This document shows, one piece after another, positions 11,250-21,004 of a DNA stretch of 64,000 nucleotides. The stretch is taken from contig CAWFAK010000017.1 of NCBI GenBank assembly GCA_963813715.1, positions 256,001 to 320,000 of the forward strand, read 5' to 3'. Each line of letters begins with the position of its first letter. Positions within the stretch are counted from its first letter, which is position 1. The notes under the pieces were generated by a model, which saw only the letters and a program-made list of their open reading frames with translations, was not told the origin of the DNA and ran no database searches. Origin of the DNA: an uncultured Planctomycetaceae bacterium (GTDB lineage: Bacteria > Planctomycetota > Planctomycetia > Planctomycetales > Planctomycetaceae). A program made the translations under genes and the position numbers.

Positions 11250-11859
11250 GCCGCACCTCTTGAACCACGGAATGGAGGTGCTGCGAAAGCTTTTGCAGGG
11301 CATAGCGATAACGGCTGGCTGCCGTATTCGGAGACTGGCCGAGAATTTCTCCGATCTCCGCAAACGTCATTTCTTCCCAGATCTTGAGGACCACCACTTC
11401 GGCCTGGGTGGAGGGAAGTTTTCGCAGCGCCAGCCGGACCAGCTGATGGATTTCTTCCTCCCCGTGCGGAGGAGCATCGGACCAGATCCGGGCGTCGGGT
11501 CGGGTGAGCGACCGCATCGGCCGTCGGCGACGGACGATGTTGAGGGCCTCGTTGCGGGTGATCTTCAGCAGGTAGGCCCAGGGATAGCGAGCTCGCGCGA
11601 GCAGGCCAGGCCGCAGAGCGATCCGCACCAGCGCGGCCTGCACGGCGTCTTCGGCGTCGTCCCGTTGCCGGGTCAGCGTGCTGGCGTAACGAACGAGCCG
11701 CGAAGCAGTTGCGTCATACAGCCCACCAAGGGCACTGACCCCCTGCTCTGCCAGCCGTTCGGCACAGAACCGGACGCGGTCGGCAAATTCGCTTGAATCG
11801 TGGGTGTCCACGATCGTCTTGACGCTGTCCGGGGTCGGCTTTGTCTTAAAAAACTTCAT
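11242..11859 (-). CDS. ECF-type RNA polymerase sigma-70 factor
   Basis: Region 2 DAEDAVQAA...WAYLLKITRNEALN; region 4 LPSTQAEVVVLKIWEEMTFAEIGEILG...AASRYRYA; ATGA overlap with the permease. Confidence 0.92.
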   Translation of the reverse strand: MKFFKTKPTPDSVKTIVDTHDSSEFADRVRFCAERLAEQGVSALGGLYDATASRLVRYASTLTRQRDDAEDAVQAALVRIALRPGLLARARYPWAYLLKITRNEALNIVRRRRPMRSLTRPDARIWSDAPPHGEEEIHQLVRLALRKLPSTQAEVVVLKIWEEMTFAEIGEILGQSPNTAASRYRYALQKLSQHLHSVVQEVRHA

Positions 11860-12962
11860 TGCCAGCGGAAAATCTTGAGTGCGACGGCGAACGACACGAC
11901 ACTCCAGACCGCCATGATTGCGATTTGGCCCCCCTGCGAAGCCAGGGAAGACCCCTCCAGCATGACCGAACGCAAGGCGTTGATCAAGGGGGTTAACGGC
12001 AGGACCTGGATGAAGGGCTGGGCGGCCGCCGGAAACCGGTCCGACGAGAAGAAGATGCCCGAAAGCATCCACATCGGCAGCATGACGACGTTCATCAATC
12101 CTGAGACTGCCTCGACCGTCTTTGCCCGGCTGGCCACCAACAGGCCAAGGCCGGAGAACATCGTCGCCCCCAGCACCACCAGGACGGCCACCGTCCCGTA
12201 CGAGCCATAGTAGTAGACGCCGAAGACGTAGCGGGCAAAGAGCAACAGCACCAGCACTTCCGGGATCATGAACAGCATGCGGCTGAGCATGATCGCCGCC
12301 AGGAAGTCCCCCTTCTTCATCGGCGTGGCCAGAAATCGCTTGAGCAGTTTGCGAATCCGCATGTCGACCGTCACAAAGCCGACACCCCACAGGCCGCCCC
12401 CCATCAGGCTCATCCCCAGCAATCCGGGGACGAGAAAATCGACATAGCGGCCGCCCGGCTCTTCGAACTTCTGCTCGGTCGATTTGACCGGGTCGACACG
12501 GCCGGCCGCCTGTTGCAGGGTATTGTTCACCGACTCGCGGGCGACGACGTTTTCTGGCCGCGACGGATCGAATTCGTATTGGTAGGTCACCGGGCTGCCG
12601 GTCGCCGAGACGACCAGTTGCGTCTTGCCGGTTCGTAAACGAACGCGGCACTCGGTGGCATCGCACGTCCTGACCTGGAATCGCGCGTCGGCCGACAGCG
12701 CTTTGACGATGGTAACCGACTGCGGCCCCGATTCGACGTCGACGATCACGTGCTCCGCCGGCTGGTTACGAAAGGCGATACCCAGCCCCACGATCATCAG
12801 GATCGGGAAGACATACACCCAGAAGACGGCCTCGGGCTCGCGAAAGAATTCCTTTAGGCGCGCCAGCACGAGCTGAGCGATCGGACGATCGAAGAATCCG
12901 CGCGGCCGTGCGGCCGCCGACTCGATCTGTTGCGCAGGAGGTGGAGTCTCGGCGATGGTCAT
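11856..12962 (-). CDS. ABC-2 type transporter permease
   Basis: REPEAVFWVYVFP, YVDFLVPGLLGM, LKRFLATP, LSGIFF, LPLTP; multiple TM helices. Confidence 0.92.
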   Translation of the reverse strand: MTIAETPPPAQQIESAAARPRGFFDRPIAQLVLARLKEFFREPEAVFWVYVFPILMIVGLGIAFRNQPAEHVIVDVESGPQSVTIVKALSADARFQVRTCDATECRVRLRTGKTQLVVSATGSPVTYQYEFDPSRPENVVARESVNNTLQQAAGRVDPVKSTEQKFEEPGGRYVDFLVPGLLGMSLMGGGLWGVGFVTVDMRIRKLLKRFLATPMKKGDFLAAIMLSRMLFMIPEVLVLLLFARYVFGVYYYGSYGTVAVLVVLGATMFSGLGLLVASRAKTVEAVSGLMNVVMLPMWMLSGIFFSSDRFPAAAQPFIQVLPLTPLINALRSVMLEGSSLASQGGQIAIMAVWSVVSFAVALKIFRWQ

Positions 12963-13930
12963 GGGGTCGAAACGTCCTCTTCCTCCAAGTGGCGGCCGGC
13001 CAGCTTGACGAAAACGTCCTCCAGGCTGGCGTGGCGCGTCGACAGGCTTGCCAGCGGCCAGCGTTTTCCTTCGAGCGTCGTGAGCAATGCCGGCAGCGTG
13101 CGGTGCGGCTCGGCGACCGACAGACAAATCCGTCCGTGATCGACGTAGGCCGACTGCACTGTGGGCAGGCGCGAGAAGAGATCGAGGTCGCCGGAGATTT
13201 CGTTCGCGGCACCGTTCGAGTCGCTTCCTAGCGTGAACTCGATCACGTGTTCGCCCCCCAGGCTGACGATTAACTCACGCGGCGTTCCCTGCGCGATAAC
13301 TTTACCGCGGTCGACAATCGCGACGCGATCGCAGAGCCGCTCAGCCTCGTCAAGATAATGCGTGGTGAGCAGGACCGTTCGTCCCCGGCGGCGATAGTCG
13401 CGAATGATCTCCCACAGCTGCCGTCGCGATTTCGGATCGAGGCCCGTCGTGGGCTCGTCGAGAAATAACAGCTCTGGATTGCCGACGAGTGCGCAGGCGA
13501 CGGCCAGCCGTTGCTTCTGACCGCCCGAAAGCTTGCCGACCCAGGTCTTGGCTTTCTCCGTGAGTTCGACCTGCTCCATCACTTTGGCCGGTTCGGTCCC
13601 CTGCTTGTAGAAACTGCGAAACAGGTCCAACGTTTCCCGGACGGACAGCTTCTCGGACAGTTTTGTTTCTTGAAACGAAATGCCGATCCGTTGGCGGATG
13701 GCGTCCTCGTGCTGGCCCCATCGACGACCGAGCACTTCGACGTCGCCTGACGTCGGCGCGAGCAGGCCTTCCATGATCTCAATCGTGGTGGTCTTGCCCG
13801 CTCCGTTGGGGCCGAGCAATCCGAAGCACTCGCCCTCGACGACTTCTAAATCGAGACCGCGGACCGCCTCCACCGGGGGGCGGCCTTCGTAGGTCTTCAC
13901 GAGATTTTGACAGTGGATGACGGAGCGCAT
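12959..13930 (-). CDS. ABC transporter ATP-binding protein
   Basis: Walker A GPNGAGKTT, signature LSGGQKQR, Walker B LFLDEPT, TTHY. Confidence 0.96.
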   Translation of the reverse strand: MRSVIHCQNLVKTYEGRPPVEAVRGLDLEVVEGECFGLLGPNGAGKTTTIEIMEGLLAPTSGDVEVLGRRWGQHEDAIRQRIGISFQETKLSEKLSVRETLDLFRSFYKQGTEPAKVMEQVELTEKAKTWVGKLSGGQKQRLAVACALVGNPELLFLDEPTTGLDPKSRRQLWEIIRDYRRRGRTVLLTTHYLDEAERLCDRVAIVDRGKVIAQGTPRELIVSLGGEHVIEFTLGSDSNGAANEISGDLDLFSRLPTVQSAYVDHGRICLSVAEPHRTLPALLTTLEGKRWPLASLSTRHASLEDVFVKLAGRHLEEEDVSTP

Positions 13931-14890
13931 ACCTAACGCAAGGACAAGCGGGGCTATGTGGACGTTCGCTCATTATTGAGAAGCAAGCGCAATCCGTCCA
14001 TTGCCGCCAGTCGCGCGTGTAGTTCGTCGCCGATGCGCCGTTCTTGCGTGATTGCGGAAGGATTTGCGGCGCCCACGCCTGCATTTTGCTCGCCCATCGA
14101 ACGGCGGCTGTCAGCGGTTGGCGGAAATTCGGACGTATTTTTGGATCAGTCGTGGATTCTCTTACGCGTTTTGCGTTTATTAGCGCCGTGCTGCGGCGCC
14201 ACGATTCGGCTCAGCGCATTCGTCGCCAGGACGACGGAGGCTTAGCCGCAACCGCCGCGGCACGTCAATGTTAGAGCACGGCCGGATCGCGTGCCGTTCC
14301 ATGGGAGGGCAGCCCAGCGGGACTGTCACCGCGCTTTGCGTGTGCATACGTCATTTCAGTGTTGAACCGTACACTGAGCGCGCGGGCCTCGATGGAACTG
14401 TTTTGGTAAATCTTTCCACGCACCCGCTGCGCCCGGCGGCGGCCCCCCTCTGGGACCGACGCAAAAGTCGCCGTCCGGAAAAATTCCGGTGGTCTCGCGA
14501 CTTGAGTTCCGCGGACGCGACGCCGGCCCCCCGAAGTTCTTATTCGTCGTCGTGTTGCGAGCGTCCGAGCCGCATCCGGCGATCGATGCATGTTGGATGG
14601 TTTCTTGCCATCCGTTTCGCGGCGAAACCGCGGGGTCCGCCGTCGAGCAGTCCATTGGTATGCAGTTTCCTCTCTGGGGACCGCTCGGGCCTGCCAGAAC
14701 ATCCTGTCGAACAATTGAGCCGCCACAAACTCTGTCCTTCACGAGTGCCGGCAAATTCCCGGGGCCAATCCGTTTTGAAATCGGCGATGAGCCGCGCCGG
14801 GTAGTGTGCGCGCCGAGCGCGACACGGTGCCGCCGCGGTCCAACGTCTCGCAACCCACGTCACCAGCCGGGCCGCGAAAGAGAACCCACG

Positions 14891-15150
14891 ATGAATCGCA
14901 ATCGCCGACGAGCGCGGCTCCGCGCGTACCGTGCGATCCCGTTCGCTTCGTTCAGCATCCGGCCGACGTTTGCGAGCAACGAGTCCTGGCCTTGGTCACG
15001 TCGGGCGCCGCGACGGCTTCGGATTCTGATGACGGGAGACGCGCCGGCTGCACTCCCAGGTGTGGCGCACCCGAGCAACATTCCGGGGCGCGCCCCGCTC
15101 GAGTAGTTGGCAGCACTCACACGACCGGGCCGTGGGGTCCGATGGTTTAG
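14891..15150 (+). pseudogene. Short ORF or pseudogene homologous to the N-terminal LEPRxLL leader of the downstream peroxidase (one frameshift near 14930)
   Basis: With one base restored it reads MNRNRRRARLRAYRCDPVRFVQHPADVCEQRVLAL, 18/35 identical without gaps to the peroxidase N-terminus; similar upstream context. Confidence 0.65.
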
Positions 15151-15367
15151 GCGAACGATTGGGATCGCCGTATCGAGCGAGTCGTTGCCGCGAACCGGTC
15201 GGCCCGTCTGGCCAAATCACTCGGGTCAAACGACGCGGGCCATCGAGTCAGGGCCTGTATCCTGGCCGGGTCAGTCGGCGTGCGGCGGACGACCGTCGCG
15301 TGACTGAGCCCTTCGTACCTGAACACCGAAAGAGGAACCGGGCCAATTTCCAAAAAGGGGAACCACG

Positions 15368-17902
15368 ATGAAACGCAGTTGGAAACGGAACCGGAGTCGA
15401 GCCCTACGACGCAATCCGCAAAAATTCACGCAACATGCCGCCGACGTGCTCGAGCCGCGAGTGCTGTTGTCGGCGACGACGGCCGCTCCGGCGGCGAAAA
15501 CCCCGGCGCCAACCGCGTCGAGCGTCGAATCCTTCAACGGTGCCGGCAACAACATCGCCAACCCGACTTGGGGTCAGGCGGGCACCGACTTGCTGCGGCT
15601 CACTCCCGCGCAATATGCCAACGGCATCAATTCGCCGTCGTTGCCGCAAGATCCGAGCGCCCGGCTCATTTCCAATATCGTCAACAACCAGGCCGATCCG
15701 GCCGATCCGTCGCAGGACATCGCGACGGTCGATCAGAATTCCCTGTCCGATTTTGGCTACGCCTTCGGTCAGTTCATCGATCATGACCTCGATCTGACGC
15801 AAGGGACGGGCGCGTCCGATCCGATTCAGGTGCCGGTGGGTGATCCGATCGGCGGGCCCAACGACACGCCTCTGGCCTTCCAGCGTTCGGCAACCGATCC
15901 GGCAACGGGGACGAGCACCAGCAACCCGCTGCAGAATCCGACGTCGGTGACTTCGTATCTCGACCTGTCGCAGGTCTACGGTTCGGACCTGGCGACCGAC
16001 AACGCCTTGCGGACCTTTGTCGGCGGGCAGATGAAAACCAGCGCGGGTGGATTGCTTCCGCTCGACAACAGCACCTATTTCACCCCAACCCAGCTGGCGC
16101 AAATCAACGCCTCGGTCGGCGGAATGGCCGACGATGGGCCGCTGCCCGAGTCGCAGATGTTCGTCACGGGCGACACCCGCGGCAACGAGAACCTCGAGCT
16201 GACCGCTTTGCAGACGCTGTTTCTCGACAACCACAACCGCATTGCGGCGGAGCTGCAGAAGGAGAATCCGACTTGGACCGACCAGCAGCTCTTCGATGAG
16301 GCCCGCAAACTTAACATCGCGGAGTATCAGTCGATCATTTACAACGAGTGGATTCCGGCCGTGCTGGGCCAGAATGCCCTGCCCGCCTACACGGGCTACA
16401 ATCCGAACGTCAACGCCACGATCGCGGACGAGTTCTCAACCGTGGCCTTCCGCTTCGGCCACAGCCTCCTAAGCGGACAGATTGAACGGCAGGGAAATGA
16501 CGGTCAGGCAGTCGCCGGCGACGTACCGCTCGAACAAGACTTCTTCGACCCGAACTTGCTCAGTGGCCAAGGCCAGCCGACCACGGTCGACCCGCTCACG
16601 GGTCTCACGAGCACGAGCATCGGCGCCATTCTCAAAGGCGATGCCGACGGCAATTCCCAGGCCTCCGACGTCGAGACGATCAACGAAGTCCGCGACGAGC
16701 TCTTCAACGAGGTCGTGCCCGGCGTCGGTTACGGCCAGGACCTGATTGCCCTCGATATCCAACGGGGCCGCGACCAGGGAATCGGCTCGTACAACGAAGT
16801 CCGCCAGGCGCTGGGGCTGGCGCCCGTTACCAGCTTCGCGCAGATCACGTCGAATGTGACGGTCCAGAAGGAGCTGCAAGAAGCATACGGCAACGTCAAT
16901 AACATCGACGCGTTCGAGGGGGGGCTGGCCGAAGACCATGTCCCCGGGTCGGACGTCGGCCAGCTATTCCAGACGATTCTGGTCAATCAGTTTACACGGT
17001 TGAGGGACGGAGATCGCTTCTTCTATCTCAACGAAACGTTCACGCCGGCCGAGCAGGCGATTCTGAACCAGGGAAACACGTTGGCGAAGGTCATCGAGTC
17101 CAACACCAACATCACCAACCTGCAAAGCGACGTGTTCCTGTTCAAGGCTTCGATCAGCGGGACGGTCAACCTGAATCTGTTCGGCGGAAACCGCGGCGGA
17201 ATCGGGCTACCCGGACTCACGGTGCAACTGCAGGACACGAGCGGCGACATTTTGGCCACAACCACGACCGGTCGCGGCGGCAGTTACAGCTTCAACCAGC
17301 TCAGCACCGGCAACACAAACCTGGCGCTGACTCCCGGCGTGAGCGGGACGGGGACCTATCAGATCGTCGTCGTCTTGCCGTCGTTCCTCGAGCAGATCGG
17401 CCAAGGTCCCGGAACCATCACCGTGACTCGCGGCGGCCAGAACTTTCCGAACGTCAATTTCGAGGTGGGACTCAATTTCAGCGGCACGAGCCCGCAATCG
17501 TTCCAGGCCGATTTGTCATCATTGCAGTCGATCCTGACCGGATCAGGAGCCCAGTCGACCGTGGGTGATAACGGCGGAACAACCGAGGGCAACACCGGCG
17601 CTACGACGCGCGTCACGGCAAGGGGTGGCACCGCGACGACGAATCCGTCGGCATTACTCAGCGAGTTGGAAAGCGAACTGTCGTCCCTGCAAACGAGCTG
17701 GTCTGGCACGGGCACGACGAGCGCCAATGCGGGCGGCTCGGCGGCTGCGTCCTCGTCCTCGGGGGCGAACAGCGGCGTGGTTGATTCGGCCGACTCGAGC
17801 GACTCCGGCTCCAGCGGCGCCGGAGGCTCCGCGAACCCGCCGACACAGTCGCTCGATGCGGCGTTCGAGGAGTTCTCGAAGATCGCCGACAGTTTGAAGT
17901 AG
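15368..17902 (+). CDS. Secreted animal-type heme peroxidase with LEPRxLL leader, SdrD-B/Cna-B-like domain and Ser/Gly tail
   Basis: LEPRVLLS; FNGAGNN; FGQFIDHD; GDTRGNEN; AFRFGHS; DIQRGRDQG; QFTRLRDGDRFFY; SISGTV...TTTGRGGSYSF. Confidence 0.93.
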   Translation: MKRSWKRNRSRALRRNPQKFTQHAADVLEPRVLLSATTAAPAAKTPAPTASSVESFNGAGNNIANPTWGQAGTDLLRLTPAQYANGINSPSLPQDPSARLISNIVNNQADPADPSQDIATVDQNSLSDFGYAFGQFIDHDLDLTQGTGASDPIQVPVGDPIGGPNDTPLAFQRSATDPATGTSTSNPLQNPTSVTSYLDLSQVYGSDLATDNALRTFVGGQMKTSAGGLLPLDNSTYFTPTQLAQINASVGGMADDGPLPESQMFVTGDTRGNENLELTALQTLFLDNHNRIAAELQKENPTWTDQQLFDEARKLNIAEYQSIIYNEWIPAVLGQNALPAYTGYNPNVNATIADEFSTVAFRFGHSLLSGQIERQGNDGQAVAGDVPLEQDFFDPNLLSGQGQPTTVDPLTGLTSTSIGAILKGDADGNSQASDVETINEVRDELFNEVVPGVGYGQDLIALDIQRGRDQGIGSYNEVRQALGLAPVTSFAQITSNVTVQKELQEAYGNVNNIDAFEGGLAEDHVPGSDVGQLFQTILVNQFTRLRDGDRFFYLNETFTPAEQAILNQGNTLAKVIESNTNITNLQSDVFLFKASISGTVNLNLFGGNRGGIGLPGLTVQLQDTSGDILATTTTGRGGSYSFNQLSTGNTNLALTPGVSGTGTYQIVVVLPSFLEQIGQGPGTITVTRGGQNFPNVNFEVGLNFSGTSPQSFQADLSSLQSILTGSGAQSTVGDNGGTTEGNTGATTRVTARGGTATTNPSALLSELESELSSLQTSWSGTGTTSANAGGSAAASSSSGANSGVVDSADSSDSGSSGAGGSANPPTQSLDAAFEEFSKIADSLK

Positions 17903-17943
17903 CTCTCCGGCAGTTCGAGCGAGATCCCAGCGCTCGAGGCCGT

Positions 17944-17992
17944 TGCGAGCCGGCCGGTTTCTGCCCCCGAACCGACCGGCTCGCATTTTTTT
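17944..17992 (+). terminator. Rho-independent terminator of the peroxidase gene
   Basis: TGCGAGCCGGCCGGTT...AACCGACCGGCTCGCA stem followed by T7. Confidence 0.8.
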
Positions 17993-18066
17993 GCCGGGGC
18001 CGGTCCGTCTCCGCCGCGGACGAAGCCTGCTAAGATACAAAGCATCCCCGCGAATCGGAGTGATCC

Positions 18067-18363
18067 ATGCCCGAAGTCCCCAAGTCCGGCGGAGTTGAAG
18101 AGCGGCTTTACGTGCCCGACCATGCCGGCTGGAAGGCAGCCATCAAGCAGGACTGGAACAAGGAATACTGTTACATCCAGCGTGCGGGCGAGGAGTTTTA
18201 TCACTTGCTCGTCACGGGCGAGATTTACCTGCAGCGCGGCACCGAGAAATACTGCTTGAGCTGCGCCCTGCGCCACGGATACATCACACACGAGCGAGCG
18301 TTCTGGCTACGGCGGCCCAGTTCCGTTGCCGCAGAACAAACGATCGAGCCGTCTGAGACCTAG
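18067..18363 (+). CDS. Small hypothetical protein with CxxC motif
   Basis: GGAG upstream of ATG; globular composition; YCLSCALRHG. Confidence 0.7.
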   Translation: MPEVPKSGGVEERLYVPDHAGWKAAIKQDWNKEYCYIQRAGEEFYHLLVTGEIYLQRGTEKYCLSCALRHGYITHERAFWLRRPSSVAAEQTIEPSET

Positions 18364-18382
18364 CGGTCACCGAGCCGGTCGG

Positions 18383-19450
18383 CTACGACTCGTATTCGGA
18401 CAGCTCGGACAGATCGATGCCCGACGTTCCAGTCACGTTGCGTAGGGGAGCGGTTTCGGCCGCACGCGCGGCGGGTCCGCCCACGGCCTGGCTACGATGC
18501 GCGAGGTGCGTCATCATTTCGACCGCCAGCAGGTCGGCTCGCGACATCACGTGACGCGCGCTGCGGTTGCCCAGGCCCTTCACCAGGCTCTCGACGCAGC
18601 CCAAATGCAACTGCAGGGCCTCGTGCGGCGGCATCCGTGCGGCGAGCAGTCGATCGGTCATTTCCGAAATCTCGGCCGCCAGGCTGCCGGAACCCATCAG
18701 CACGTAAGAACGCAGCAGCGAGGCATAGTCGGCCGCGAACTGATGCGTAGCATCCTCTTCGGTTTCGACAGCGGCGGATTCGACCGACACGTCCTGGTGG
18801 AAGCGTTCGGCACGCGGGTTGGTCGGTTGACGCAAAGGATGCGGCAACGCTTCCAACTCGGCGATCAATTGTCGTTGGTGCGCGAGCAATTGCTCGGATT
18901 CGTCGCGCTCACGCACGAGGCGGCGATGGTTGGCTGTGGTCAACGTGCGGTTCTCTCGCTGTAACACTCCGCGGATCAGCGATCGCTTGACGACTCCGCC
19001 AAGCGAGGCAGATTCCCAACCGCGCGGCGAGACGAAGACATCGCAATCACAGTTGCAGGCTTCGTTCCACTCGGCATCCGTCAGCAGGCGGCCGACGACA
19101 ACCACCGGCTCCAGACAGCCGGCGGTCCGGGCGGCGCGGATCAGCCCGAACGGCCCATTATCGTCCGAGGGAGCCGCGAGCGAGGCGGGCACATCGACGA
19201 GCAGACAGTCAAACTGCTCTTCGCGGAGACGCGAAAGCGCAGCTCGCGGCGACGAGACCCAAACCAGCCGCGGCGGCGCTAACCCCACGGCGTTCAGTCC
19301 GACGGTGAGCAACACCCAAGAGGGCTCGCGCTCGCAAACGCACAACAAGCGCGGGGCTCCGCCCTGGTACCGGGCGGATGGGCTCGGTTCGGCCACGTCT
19401 TCCGCTGGCTTGGGCGCGGACTTCAGAATGCTGCCAAAAGGTTCGGGCAT
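18383..19450 (-). CDS. Atypical receiver-domain protein with coiled coil and C-terminal KaiA/RsbU-N-like helical domain
   Basis: REC-like ALSRLREEQFDCLLVD...PVVVV; coiled coil RLVRERDESEQLL; C-terminal DYASLLRSY...P...LH...EMMTHL. Confidence 0.7.
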   Translation of the reverse strand: MPEPFGSILKSAPKPAEDVAEPSPSARYQGGAPRLLCVCEREPSWVLLTVGLNAVGLAPPRLVWVSSPRAALSRLREEQFDCLLVDVPASLAAPSDDNGPFGLIRAARTAGCLEPVVVVGRLLTDAEWNEACNCDCDVFVSPRGWESASLGGVVKRSLIRGVLQRENRTLTTANHRRLVRERDESEQLLAHQRQLIAELEALPHPLRQPTNPRAERFHQDVSVESAAVETEEDATHQFAADYASLLRSYVLMGSGSLAAEISEMTDRLLAARMPPHEALQLHLGCVESLVKGLGNRSARHVMSRADLLAVEMMTHLAHRSQAVGGPAARAAETAPLRNVTGTSGIDLSELSEYES

Positions 19451-19734
19451 GCGACAGTCGCTCGAGGCTCAGCGCGAATCCTGGCGAAGAGGATTACTTC
19501 GAGCCCTGGACGATCAGGATTTTTTGTAGGAGAGCGAATCGCGAACGCCGCGTTGCGCCGGAATTCAGCACTGCGCGGACAACGAGACGGGAGAAAGGGC
19601 CGTCTTTTAGGCCCGGAGAGGCACCGCTGTCAAGACCGGGATGACGCGGCAGTTCAGGTGGTCTGGGCGTTCTCGATCGGCATGTGCCTGATCCGCCGCC
19701 CGCCTAATGCGACGATGATCGCAGAAAACCGATT

Positions 19735-20048
19735 TTAGATTGCACCGACCGGCTGGGAGCACTGGCGTACGACGAGATGGTTTAGCACTTCGTCGACGCC
19801 GGCCACGCTACGGGCCAGGTTGCAGATGTCGTGGTCGGTTTCGCCTTCCAGCACGCCTTCGAGGCACACCCCGTTGGGAATTCGGCGGATCACCAGCGAG
19901 GCAATCTGCAGCCCCGGCTGGGAGCGCAGCCGGCGATGCACGGCTTGCTCGAGTCCGTGCGGTGCTCCGATCAAATGGAGCGCCTCGGACTGACCAGCCG
20001 GCTCGAAAAAGCGCGTGACGAGCCAACTTCAGGGCGGCGGTTCCGCAT
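19735..20048 (-). CDS. Small BON-like domain protein (start uncertain, probable frameshift)
   Basis: LEQAVHRRL...GVCLEGVL...LARSVAGVDEVLNHLVV; RBS and ATG at 20048 are out of frame with ORF 19735-19974. Confidence 0.6.
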
Positions 20049-20300
20049 CCTCGATTCCTTTCTGGGCAATACCGGCTGACGCTCGGCGTCAGTTCGAGCG
20101 AGACTCGAACATCAAGATTCTAAACCGCTCCCATTCAGTCTGCGAGCGTGCGGAACAAAAATCCACATCCTCGCGACGGATTTTGGCGATGGTTCCGCGC
20201 AACCCTTTTCTTAGTGATGCCCTTCCAAGGCCGCAGCTTAAGCGTGTCTCGCAGGGCCACCGGGACGGCCGCGTATGGGCACTGACCAAGAACGCGATTC

Positions 20301-21004
20301 TCAGTAGGCCCCGCGTCCGGTGACGACGGCCGGAATGGTCAACATCAGCAGCTTCAGATCCAGCAGCAAACTGCGGTTCTGGATGTAGTCCAGATCGAGC
20401 TGCACCTGCTCAGAAAACGGAAGGTCGCCGCGGCCGCTCACCTGCCAGATGCAGGTGATACCGGGCTGGACGTGCAAGCGGCGACGGTCGCGATCAGAAT
20501 AAAGGTTCACCTCGGAGGGGACCGGCGGGCGCGGACCAACGAGCGACATATCGCCCACCACAACGTTCCAGAGCTGGGGCAATTCGTCGATGCTCGTCTT
20601 GCGGATGATCCGGCCGATCCAGGTGATCCGGGGATCGCGGGGATCTTGAACGTCCGCGGATCGGCGTGATGGTTCAGCGCCTGCAGCTCTTCTTTCAGCC
20701 GCTCCGCGTGCGGGACCATCGAGCGGAACTTGTAGCACGTGAACTCCGCGCCGTCTTTGCCGACGCGCGTCTGCGTAAAGAACACCGGTCCATGATCCCA
20801 AAGCTTGATCGACAGTGCGACCAATGCCAAGAGGGGTGAGATCAGAACCAGAATCGGCAACGTGACGGCCAAGTCGAGGACGCGCTTGGCGATCAGGTAG
20901 CCCCGCAGGCTGACGTGAGCGGCCTCGGTCGTGTCGACAAACGTCTGCCAGGTGCGAAACTGAGAAGCATCGATCGCAGCATCCGAAGGATACTCGTGAG
21001 TCAT
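20301..21004 (-). CDS. Priming sugar transferase (polyprenyl-phosphate glycosylphosphotransferase), frameshift near 20640
   Basis: KRVLDL, YKFRSM, DPRITWIG, SIDELPQLWNV, DMSLVGPRP, PGITCIWQVSGR. Confidence 0.92.

Noticed and set aside
11242..12666. 474-aa sigma factor with a long N-terminal extension
   Set aside because: The extension is the shadow frame of the permease; the true start is 11859.
14405..14490. c-di-GMP-I riboswitch-like words (GGTAAA...GACGCAAA)
   Set aside because: Spacing, GNRA loop and P1 pairing do not fit.
14271..14726. 151-aa minus-strand ORF
   Set aside because: Arg-rich, with no motifs and no clear RBS.
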